Positions 55,994 through 64,000 of a stretch of 64,000 nt of DNA are shown in pieces. Position 1 is the stretch's first letter. Each line of letters opens with the position of its first letter. Made by a program: the position numbers and the translations under genes. The notes beneath the pieces are model-generated. The model had not been told where the DNA came from and did no database searches. It saw nothing but the letters and a program-made list of their open reading frames with translations. This DNA comes from an archaeon (lineage in GTDB: Archaea; Nanobdellota; Nanobdellia; Pacearchaeales; GW2011-AR1). The stretch spans positions 32,001 through 96,000 of the forward strand of contig JBDRNU010000025.1 in assembly GCA_043810775.1 (NCBI GenBank). The letters run 5' to 3'.

Positions 55994-56350
55994 TTATTTA
56001 GTCTCCTCGTTCCAGTCTATTTTTGTTCCTTTTCTTTGAGCATTTTCTAGGGAGAATCCTTGAGGATAGCGTTTCTTTAGTTTTTGCATATTTTCTTCAA
56101 GTATATTGGCAAAGTCCCATCCAAAAAAGTTGCAAATCATAGCTGAATACCATAAAGTATCTCCTAAATTTTCTTTTATACCCTCTTCTGCTGCTTTATT
56201 TTCATGAGCAAAGGTTTTCTTAATGCAAGAAGCTACGTCTCCAGCTTCTCCCGCTATTCCAAGACCCCAAGTGGATATTTCTAGATCTTTGTTTTCAAAT
56301 TTTTTTGCAGTTTCCTTGCAAAATTCCTGATATTCTTTTAAGCTAGTCAT
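55994..56350 (-). CDS. MazG-like all-alpha NTP pyrophosphohydrolase
   Basis: EYQ...LGIAGEAGDV...ENLGDTLWY...NMQKLKKRYP. Confidence 0.85.
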   Translation of the reverse strand: MTSLKEYQEFCKETAKKFENKDLEISTWGLGIAGEAGDVASCIKKTFAHENKAAEEGIKENLGDTLWYSAMICNFFGWDFANILEENMQKLKKRYPQGFSLENAQRKGTKIDWNEETK

Positions 56351-57870
56351 GTTTTTATCCAGTGCTTAATTTTTCTTAGCTGATTTATATCATTTTTATA
56401 GAGTTCGCGGATGTCCTGGATTTTATAGTAATCCATTAAAGCTCTGTCAAATCCAGGCCCCCATGCAAGGACTGGGATGTATTCTCCTAATAAAGGTATA
56501 ACTACTTCTGGGCGGAATATTCCTGAACCTCCAAGCTCTAACCAGACTTTTTTTTCAGGATGAAACCAGTTTATTTCTACACTAGGTTCGGTATATGGGA
56601 AATAAGCAGGTGTAAATCTTACTTTTTCAAAACCCATTTTTTTAAAGAATTCCTTTAGGTAGCCTAGCAGGTGGCGCAAATTTGCATTTGGGTCAATTAC
56701 TATTCCATCTGTTTGATTAAACTCGAAAGCATGGCTCCAGTCAACTGTTTCGTTTCTAAAGCATTTTCCTATGGAAAAGTATTTTCCTTTTTTGTCTTTA
56801 ATGTCTCTTAGACTAGCTAGAGTAGCTGCTGATAGGCAGGTAGTGTGGGTTCTTAAAACTGGTTTTTTAGCTTCATCTTCTTTCCAGGAATATTGCCATC
56901 CTTTACTTCCACTGACTCCGGTTTCGTGTGCTTGAGATACTGTTTTTAGTATTTTCTTGTCTGGAAGCTTGGTTTTTAGGTCTTTAATATAGAATGTATC
57001 ATGCATTTCCCTTACAGGATGGTCTTGAGCTGTGAAAAGGGCATCGAAGTTCCAGAAGCTTGTTTGTACTAAACTGCCAGACATTTCCTTAAATCCCATT
57101 TCTGTCCATATTTTTCTTCCATGATCTATTGCCAAGTTTACGAAGTGGCGTTTTCCACCGTAAATTGTTGGCACTTTGCTTTTAATGTCATATCTTCTAA
57201 ATTTTTTACCTTTCCACGAGCTTGATTTAATCATTTCAGGTGTTAAAGACTCAATTAGCTTGTCAGTTTTGCTTAAGTCTATTTTTAGAAGATTTTCGCC
57301 AAGAGGGGTTACTTGAAATGTAATTTGTTTTTTATTTTCTATTCTTATTATGTCTTTTCTGTTTTCTAGTGATTTAAGGGCGTGCTGTTGTTCTGGTTTA
57401 AGCTTCTCCAAGTCTATAGGAAGAGCTTCAATTAGCTTTTCTTCCAGGCTTTTTTTAATGACTTCTTCCATTGATGATGCAAGGAATATGCGCTTTTCTT
57501 TCATTTCCACCATCGCTTTCTTTTTTAGAGCACCTAAAGCTGCCTTGAATTCATTATCAGATAGTTTTGACTCTTTTTGCGCTGTTTCTAGAGTTAGGTT
57601 TTGTTTTTCTCCGATTATATTTAGGAGTTTTCTTTCAGGCAGGCCATTTTTTAGGTAGAGAACCCCATTAGTTCCTAAGTCTACTACTTTTTTTTCCTGG
57701 GTTTTTGTTATTATTATTCCCTTATTTTCAAGAAATTGCAGTGCTCGAAGCGCCGAAGTTTCATCTAGGCCAGATTTTTCAATTATAACTTTTAGATTAC
57801 CTTCTTTTAGATAGGGAGTAATCTTTCTTTCAATTGGAGATAGGGATTCTATTAGTTCATCTGTGCTCAT
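56347..57870 (-). CDS. pheS: Phenylalanyl-tRNA synthetase alpha subunit (archaeal long form)
   Basis: FWNFDALF..QDHPVREMHDTF, LRTHTT, FRNE, FPYTEPS and ELGGSGIFRPE. Confidence 0.97.
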   Translation of the reverse strand: MSTDELIESLSPIERKITPYLKEGNLKVIIEKSGLDETSALRALQFLENKGIIITKTQEKKVVDLGTNGVLYLKNGLPERKLLNIIGEKQNLTLETAQKESKLSDNEFKAALGALKKKAMVEMKEKRIFLASSMEEVIKKSLEEKLIEALPIDLEKLKPEQQHALKSLENRKDIIRIENKKQITFQVTPLGENLLKIDLSKTDKLIESLTPEMIKSSSWKGKKFRRYDIKSKVPTIYGGKRHFVNLAIDHGRKIWTEMGFKEMSGSLVQTSFWNFDALFTAQDHPVREMHDTFYIKDLKTKLPDKKILKTVSQAHETGVSGSKGWQYSWKEDEAKKPVLRTHTTCLSAATLASLRDIKDKKGKYFSIGKCFRNETVDWSHAFEFNQTDGIVIDPNANLRHLLGYLKEFFKKMGFEKVRFTPAYFPYTEPSVEINWFHPEKKVWLELGGSGIFRPEVVIPLLGEYIPVLAWGPGFDRALMDYYKIQDIRELYKNDINQLRKIKHWIKT

Positions 57871-57985
57871 TTTTCTTTGCTCTTTATATATGGATGATAC
57901 TATGTTTTAAAAAGCTTGCTTCCCCCTAGCCCTTGTCAGGAATGGCATATAGTTAAATTTATATTGTCTTTTTCTGTTTAGTATT

Positions 57986-60900
57986 ATGCAAAAACGAGGG
58001 GTTAGTGAAAAGTTAGTTGTAATTGTAATTATTGGAATATGTCTTGTAGCTTTATACTTCTTAGTTAATAATCCTTATACTGCTCAAGTAATTTCTGGAA
58101 ATGTTGTGAGTGATGGAGGGAGGAGTGGCGGGGTGGTGGAAAGGGGGATTTCTGGTTTTAGTATTTTTGAGTGGGTGAGTAGTTTATTTGGCGGCGGGGA
58201 GGAGGTGATGTTGCAACCAGCACCAATTTGCGAGGCAACAGGTCCTGGAGAATGTTTTTATGTCGCAACAGATGGTTTAGATACAAATGCTGGAACATTT
58301 GATTTTCCATTTGGAACTTTGAAAAGAGCAATTCAGGGAATTGGACCAGGAGATGTTGTATATTTAAGAGGTGGAGTTTACAATGCTACTCAGAGGATTG
58401 ATGGATGTGGTGATTCTGGGGGGTGGGGTACTCATAATTGTTTTGCTTATATAAATAATAAAGATGGGGCATTTCAAGATTGGATAAAAATTAAGTCTTA
58501 TCCAGGAGAAAAAGCAATTTTAGATCAGGGAATGTATAATGAAGTCCCTACTAATCCAAATATACAAATTGATTATTCTTCTTATTTTATTATAGAAGAT
58601 TTAGAATTGAAAAATGGATATGGTGCAAATTTAATGGATGACAGCAACCATGATATGATATATAGGAACTTGGAGGTTCATGGGAAAAGAGGAGGTTATG
58701 AATTGTCAGGGGGATTTGTGGTTTCAGGTCCTTTGTATAATTATGTGATTGAAAATAATCTTATTTATGATAATCTTTGGGGTGCAGGAAATTCTATGTG
58801 CTCTATGAATATAGTTGAATTATTGCTTGGCGGAAGTGATATTGAGGGAAGGGGGGGAAGAAACATTACAGTTAGGAATAATTTAGTTAAAAATGGGTGT
58901 ACTGGTATAAGAACCAAGCATTCTGACAGCGGTCCTCTTTATATTTATAATAATACAATAATAAATATGACTGATAATCATGGGGGGGGATGGGGTATTG
59001 GAACTATTGACTGGCATAATGTTTATATTTCTAGAAATTTAATAAAAGATGTTACATTTGGACTTGGAAAAGCATTTTGGGGCTCCCCAATGTATACTAA
59101 TCAGAATGTTACATATGAGTATAACACAGTTTATAATTGTGCACAGGCAGGATTTGAATTTTATTCTGGAGGCAATGTAACATTAAGAAATAATATCTTT
59201 TATGAGTGCACTTCAAATTCGCCTGGACCTTTTTCTTTTTATAGTTACTTTAATGACATCCCCACAAATCCAGATGATATTGATACAGACTATAATTGCA
59301 TTTATCATACAACTTCTATACCTTATTTTGTTGGAGAGGGTTGGAATGCTCAAGTTTGGGATTATCCTTATGCAAGGGACAATTGGGGCTATGATGCTCA
59401 TTCTGTAATGTGGCAGAATCCGCAAATACTTTCAACAACTTATGGAAGTCCTGATTTTTTAAGGCCGGCAAGTGGAAGTCCTTGCATAGATATGGGTTAT
59501 TATGCAGGAGAGGCTCCTCCAGCACCAATTTGCGAAGCAACTGGAAGTGGGCAATGTTATTATATTGCAACAGATGGGTTAGATACAAATGCTGGAACAT
59601 TTGATGAGCCCTTCTTAACCCTTGATCATGCAATAACATTGATTGGACCAGGAGATGTTGTATATTTAAGAGGAGGAACTTATGATGCAACTCAAAGAAT
59701 TGGAGATTGTCTTGGAGGAGTTAATAATTGTTTTGCCGCAATTAATAATAAACATGGAACTGAAACTGATTGGATAACAATTAAAAGTTATCCAGGAGAG
59801 TGGGCTATTTTAGATCAAGGGCATTATTGTTATAATGGGATGGCTATGAATCCTTGTATGGAGATACATTCTAGCTCATTTATGAAAATTGAGAGTTTTG
59901 AATTAAAAAACGGTCATGGGTCTACCTTAGGTGGTGGAGAAAATCATGATATGATTTTCAGGGATTTGGAAATTCATGGAACTAGAAGTGTAGCTGGAAG
60001 TTTTGGAGAGCCGTGTGTTGCGGATATAAAAAGTGGATTTGTAATGGGTCTTAATGGTCCAAGCTCAGATAATTATCTTATTGAAAATAATAAGATTTAT
60101 GATAATATTATGGGTATAGGCGGACCAGCTTGCGCAGTAAATGTTGCAGAAATTCATTTAGGAAGTGATGATCAGGTAACAAGTGGGAATAATATTACTA
60201 TAAGGAATAATTTAATTATGAATGGGTGTGAGGGAATAAGACAGAAACATTCTGGGGGAGGTCCTGTATATATTTATAATAATACTATAATTAATATGAC
60301 TTGGGGTTGTGGAATATCTAATATTGGCTTTGATAATACTTATGTTTATAGGAATTTATTATATAATGTTAGAAGAGGAATGGAAAATGGATTTTTTTCT
60401 GGAAGAGGGCATTCCAAAAATAATTTATTTGAGTATAATACTATTTATTGCAGGCCTGACAGTACTGCAGGTTTTGATTTTTGGTCTGGAGATAATCTTA
60501 CTGTAAGGAGGAATATTTTTGTTAATTGTAATGGTGGAGCTGAGGATATAAGATTTTATACTGTTATGACTGGATATGTACCTGATAATACTTTTGTAAA
60601 TTTATCTACTGATGAAAATTGCATTTACCATACCACTAATGTAAATGATTATGTGTTTAAAGATTATGTTAAATATAATTATATTTATGCAAGAGATAAC
60701 TGGGGCTATGATGTAAATTCTGTGATGTGGCAGAATCCCCAAATACTTTCTACAACTTATGGAAGTCCTGATTTTTTAAGGCCTGCAAGTGGAAGTCCTT
60801 GCATAGATATGGGTTATTACGCAGGGGAAGCACCAATTCAAACATGCGATGAGCAATTAGGAAATACATGCACATCTACTCAGGAATGTGATGGAAGCTG

Positions 60901-63900
60901 GACAGCTGCAAGTGATACTTCTTATTGTTGTTTAGGAACATGTGTTGATTGTACTGATATTGATGGAGATACTTATAATATTGAAGGAGGGGTTTGTGGT
61001 TTGGTTGATTGTAACGATACAAATGAGTATATTAATCCCGGGAGTTCTCAGCCAAATTGTGATTGTGTTGGAACCCCAGAAGTTAGTGAGGTTGGTTTAT
61101 GTACAAATACAATAGATGATGATTGTGATGGTTTAACTGATTGTGTAGATGATGATTGTTCTATTGATGCAAATTGTGTTTGCACTGATAATGATGGAGA
61201 TAATTATGGGGTGGGAGGAGGTTGTTTAGGAACTGATTGTGATGATAATAATATAAATGTTTGGGGTTTAGTTAGTTGCAATTATGATGGTGCTTCATGT
61301 GGGAATTATAATTTATGTTTAATAGCTTGTCCAACTCCTCCTGCAGAAAATTGTTCAAATACAATAGATGATGATTGTGATGGTTTGGGTGATGCAAGTG
61401 ATCCTGACTGTGGGGCATCAACTTTAACAACAGGACTTGAAGCATATTATAGTTTTGATGTTGATGCAAATGATGATACTGGAAACGGGCACAATGGAGT
61501 AGTAACCGGAGCAACCCACTTGATAAGTAGTGGAAAATTAAATGGGGCTTATAGTTTTAATGGACCCTCATTAAGTAATTGTATTAATATTGCTGACTTT
61601 TATGTTCCTGAGATTACAATTTCAGCTTGGGTGTGGAAAGATTCATCATATACTGCAACAGGTTATGCAGGAATTGTTAGTAAATGGGATAATGATTATT
61701 TTATGGGAATTACCAATGGAATGTATTCTTTTTGGTTAACACCTGGTGTTACAATTGATACATCAATTACTTTTCCAAATGATGTCTGGACACATGTTGT
61801 AATGACTAAAAATGCAACTACATTTAGAGTGTACAGAAATGGTGTTGAATTTGGTGCTCCTTTTCCTGTTTTAAGTTCTGGTTCAATTGTTGATGGCAGT
61901 CATATAATTAATATTGGATGTAATGATTATGCATCTAGCTTTTTTGGAGGAGATATAGATGAAGTTGGAATTTGGAATAGGGCTTTAGATGCTAGTGAGG
62001 TTTCACAATTATATAATGGAGGGGTTGGATTGAATCCTTTAGAAAGTGGGCCAGAGTGTGTTATTGATAGTCCTGATTGTGATTATTTAGATGGGAATAG
62101 TTGTTCTGGAACTGATTTTATGGATGATAATGGAGTTTGTAATGTTGGAGTATGTGAAGTTAGTTCAACATTAAATCAAGCTTGTGATGATGGAGCATTT
62201 TGTAATGGTGCTGAAACCTGCGATTCTGTTGCAGGATGCTTGGCAGGAAGCAATCCTTGTCTTGGCCAGTCTTGTGATGAGATTGGTGATTTTTGTTATT
62301 TTCCTTGCACCCTTGACACAGCAACATGGAATCCAACTGGCTTAGTTGATGAGGGAACTTTGATGACTTTAGAAGTTACTGGAACAAATTGCGATGGAGA
62401 GACAATTAACTTTGAAATTTGGGAAGATGATTTAATTAATGGTGAAGATGCGTCTGATGATCCTGTAATAAATAATCCATTAAGTGTAACTTTTTCAGGA
62501 ACAACTGCAACAGGAACTTGGACTGCAGAATATCAAGACGATGTTGTTGGAAATCCTGAATATTATTTTATTGCAGAAGTTGATTCAAATCCAAGTGAAA
62601 CAATTACTTCAGCTAGTGATTTACAAGTTCAGGAAATTGTTGCTCCTTATTGTGGTGATTTAACTTGTAATGGTGATGAAATTTGTGGAGATACAGATAA
62701 TGCTCCTGAATGCAATACTGATTGTGATGTTTGTGGAACTGAAGAAACCATTGAAAACCTAACATCAGATAACTTCAAGTTTAGATTATACCACAATACT
62801 CCTGGAGAATTTGGAGTAGAAGTTTATAATGGCACTGATTTATTATTTGATAATCTTGTTATGGACTTGAGTGTTCCATTTGAGGAGTATTATTCAGATT
62901 ATTCTGATGATTATATTGTTAAGAAATATAATGGAACTTATTTTCAGTATAAGTTTAATGTTACAATGAATATTAGTTTAGCTGGAGGAGATAAATTAAC
63001 TATTTATTCAGATATTCGACAAGAAAATCCCTCTTTAAGTTCAATTGCTTTGCAGCCAACTTTATTTGATTTTATTATCCAAAGAGATGAAGATATGCCT
63101 TATAGATTTTCTCCTATTGATTTTACTGACATGATGGCAATGGGGCCTGTTGATTATACTAGTGAGTGGATTGGAAACTGCAGGGAAATATATGCTCCTT
63201 CTATAGGAGCTTTTTCAGATAATTTAGGAATTGTTGCAACTCAGATTGCACCTGATTTTTTAAATTATGAGCAAGATATATGTTTAGGTTATAAGAGAAA
63301 GCTAGGAGATAATGATCTTGTAAAAATACATCACAGTTTTTATGATACCTCCACTGATAATTTTGGTGTATTAAATTTAAGTTCTGGAATTCCTGAATAT
63401 TTTGGATATATAATTGAACCTTTTTACTTAAATGAAGTTAGATTAAATCCAAGAATCCCAGATGCAGATGCAATGAAAGTAATGAGTATTTCTGCTGATC
63501 ATGTAAAAGAGTATATTTTTACTAGTGAAAGTCAAAATACATATGATATTAATGGAAATGTTGTTGGTTATATACAGCCATTTAATAATGATTCTGCAGA
63601 TAAGTTTGTTGATATAGGGACTGTTGCAACAGAAAGCCAGTTTAGAGATAGTGTTTTTGAAGATTGTGGTCCTCATCCAGGAGGAATTTCTTGTGTAAGT
63701 GAGGATGGAGCAGGGGGATTAAGCCAGAATATGATTGAAAATGTTACAGGGTTTTCACAAAAAGGAATTGATATTTTTGCTTATGTTAATATAGGTGTTC
63801 TAAAGAATAGCTCAACTGAGCTGTTTGAGAAATATAATGGTTGTTTAGCTAAAAATTCAACAGGTGATTTTTATATAAATTCTTTCTTCCCAACTAGTCA

Positions 63901-64000
63901 CGAAATTGATTATAGAAATTCTACATGTAGGGAGTGGATTAAAAATAAAATGGTGGATGAATATTTATATTATAATCAGGATGTGAATAGATTTGCAGGA
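57986..64000 (+). CDS. Giant secreted/surface protein (>2000 aa, 3' end outside window): two beta-helix repeats, Cys/Asp-rich repeats, LamG-like domain, possible glycoside-hydrolase-like barrel
   Basis: Absent from the track because no stop lies in the window. ATG at 57986 (MQKRG + TM); frame spot-checked at several points to 64000. Motifs YVATDGLDTNAGTFD.PF, PGDVVYLRGG.Y, IKSYPGE, IDDDCDG repeats and AYYSFD..TISAWV..WTHVV..GDIDEVGIWNRAL. Confidence 0.85.
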   Translation, partial: MQKRGVSEKLVVIVIIGICLVALYFLVNNPYTAQVISGNVVSDGGRSGGVVERGISGFSIFEWVSSLFGGGEEVMLQPAPICEATGPGECFYVATDGLDTNAGTFDFPFGTLKRAIQGIGPGDVVYLRGGVYNATQRIDGCGDSGGWGTHNCFAYINNKDGAFQDWIKIKSYPGEKAILDQGMYNEVPTNPNIQIDYSSYFIIEDLELKNGYGANLMDDSNHDMIYRNLEVHGKRGGYELSGGFVVSGPLYNYVIENNLIYDNLWGAGNSMCSMNIVELLLGGSDIEGRGGRNITVRNNLVKNGCTGIRTKHSDSGPLYIYNNTIINMTDNHGGGWGIGTIDWHNVYISRNLIKDVTFGLGKAFWGSPMYTNQNVTYEYNTVYNCAQAGFEFYSGGNVTLRNNIFYECTSNSPGPFSFYSYFNDIPTNPDDIDTDYNCIYHTTSIPYFVGEGWNAQVWDYPYARDNWGYDAHSVMWQNPQILSTTYGSPDFLRPASGSPCIDMGYYAGEAPPAPICEATGSGQCYYIATDGLDTNAGTFDEPFLTLDHAITLIGPGDVVYLRGGTYDATQRIGDCLGGVNNCFAAINNKHGTETDWITIKSYPGEWAILDQGHYCYNGMAMNPCMEIHSSSFMKIESFELKNGHGSTLGGGENHDMIFRDLEIHGTRSVAGSFGEPCVADIKSGFVMGLNGPSSDNYLIENNKIYDNIMGIGGPACAVNVAEIHLGSDDQVTSGNNITIRNNLIMNGCEGIRQKHSGGGPVYIYNNTIINMTWGCGISNIGFDNTYVYRNLLYNVRRGMENGFFSGRGHSKNNLFEYNTIYCRPDSTAGFDFWSGDNLTVRRNIFVNCNGGAEDIRFYTVMTGYVPDNTFVNLSTDENCIYHTTNVNDYVFKDYVKYNYIYARDNWGYDVNSVMWQNPQILSTTYGSPDFLRPASGSPCIDMGYYAGEAPIQTCDEQLGNTCTSTQECDGSWTAASDTSYCCLGTCVDCTDIDGDTYNIEGGVCGLVDCNDTNEYINPGSSQPNCDCVGTPEVSEVGLCTNTIDDDCDGLTDCVDDDCSIDANCVCTDNDGDNYGVGGGCLGTDCDDNNINVWGLVSCNYDGASCGNYNLCLIACPTPPAENCSNTIDDDCDGLGDASDPDCGASTLTTGLEAYYSFDVDANDDTGNGHNGVVTGATHLISSGKLNGAYSFNGPSLSNCINIADFYVPEITISAWVWKDSSYTATGYAGIVSKWDNDYFMGITNGMYSFWLTPGVTIDTSITFPNDVWTHVVMTKNATTFRVYRNGVEFGAPFPVLSSGSIVDGSHIINIGCNDYASSFFGGDIDEVGIWNRALDASEVSQLYNGGVGLNPLESGPECVIDSPDCDYLDGNSCSGTDFMDDNGVCNVGVCEVSSTLNQACDDGAFCNGAETCDSVAGCLAGSNPCLGQSCDEIGDFCYFPCTLDTATWNPTGLVDEGTLMTLEVTGTNCDGETINFEIWEDDLINGEDASDDPVINNPLSVTFSGTTATGTWTAEYQDDVVGNPEYYFIAEVDSNPSETITSASDLQVQEIVAPYCGDLTCNGDEICGDTDNAPECNTDCDVCGTEETIENLTSDNFKFRLYHNTPGEFGVEVYNGTDLLFDNLVMDLSVPFEEYYSDYSDDYIVKKYNGTYFQYKFNVTMNISLAGGDKLTIYSDIRQENPSLSSIALQPTLFDFIIQRDEDMPYRFSPIDFTDMMAMGPVDYTSEWIGNCREIYAPSIGAFSDNLGIVATQIAPDFLNYEQDICLGYKRKLGDNDLVKIHHSFYDTSTDNFGVLNLSSGIPEYFGYIIEPFYLNEVRLNPRIPDADAMKVMSISADHVKEYIFTSESQNTYDINGNVVGYIQPFNNDSADKFVDIGTVATESQFRDSVFEDCGPHPGGISCVSEDGAGGLSQNMIENVTGFSQKGIDIFAYVNIGVLKNSSTELFEKYNGCLAKNSTGDFYINSFFPTSHEIDYRNSTCREWIKNKMVDEYLYYNQDVNRFAG
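58217..60829 (+). repeat. Intragenic tandem duplication, two units of ~1.3 kb
   Basis: Units start CCAGCACCAATTTGCGA at 58217 and 59519 and end in near-identical segments at about 59384-59512 and 60701-60829. Confidence 0.9.

Noticed and set aside
59384-60829. Near-identical segments as a DGR template/variable repeat pair
   Set aside because: Differences are mostly synonymous third positions and not adenine-specific; both copies are in one ORF; no reverse transcriptase in the window.
59202-63676. Small ORFs listed in the last 5 kb
   Set aside because: Out-of-frame or antisense to the long 57986-64000 reading frame.
1-64000. CRISPR array, rRNA or integrase
   Set aside because: No regularly spaced repeat-spacer series, rRNA-like sequence or recombinase motifs seen by eye.

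Overview
AT-rich archaeal genome segment, probably from a DPANN lineage such as Pacearchaeota or Woesearchaeota. That placement is inferred from archaeal RFC small and large subunits, archaeal-type PheS/PheT, L41e, intronless CCA-less tRNAs, TTTATAAA-type promoters, and tandem-Lrp and TrmB regulators. Housekeeping genes (rfcS, rfcL, pheS, pheT, Trm5-like, Dus, tRNA-Glu/Gln/Thr) sit among four toxin-antitoxin pairs, a 2524-aa subtilase and a >2000-aa beta-helix surface protein that runs off the right edge. The standout is a ~22-kb locus (27400-49867). It has nine co-oriented genes carrying 11 intact swivelling phospho-histidine (PEP-utilizer mobile) domains and one partial extra copy, each behind a divergent 240-410-aa domain. 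Only one gene has the ATP-grasp domain and none has the pyruvate-binding barrel of PEP synthase or PPDK. Three genes are fused to a MerR/Xis-like HTH. Interleaved or flanking genes encode an LMW-PTP-fold protein, two histidine phosphatases, an APH-like kinase, an isochorismatase and a double-Lrp regulator. I interpret this as an uncharacterised modular phosphotransfer (dikinase or phosphorelay) system, which is inference only. Other observations: an integrase-less island at tRNA-Gln in which a 26-bp direct repeat brackets a TA cassette, hairpin-interrupted copies of two tRNA 3' ends, two genes broken by single in-frame stops, and a probable ATC start for pheT. All family calls come from motif recognition by eye; no database search was run.
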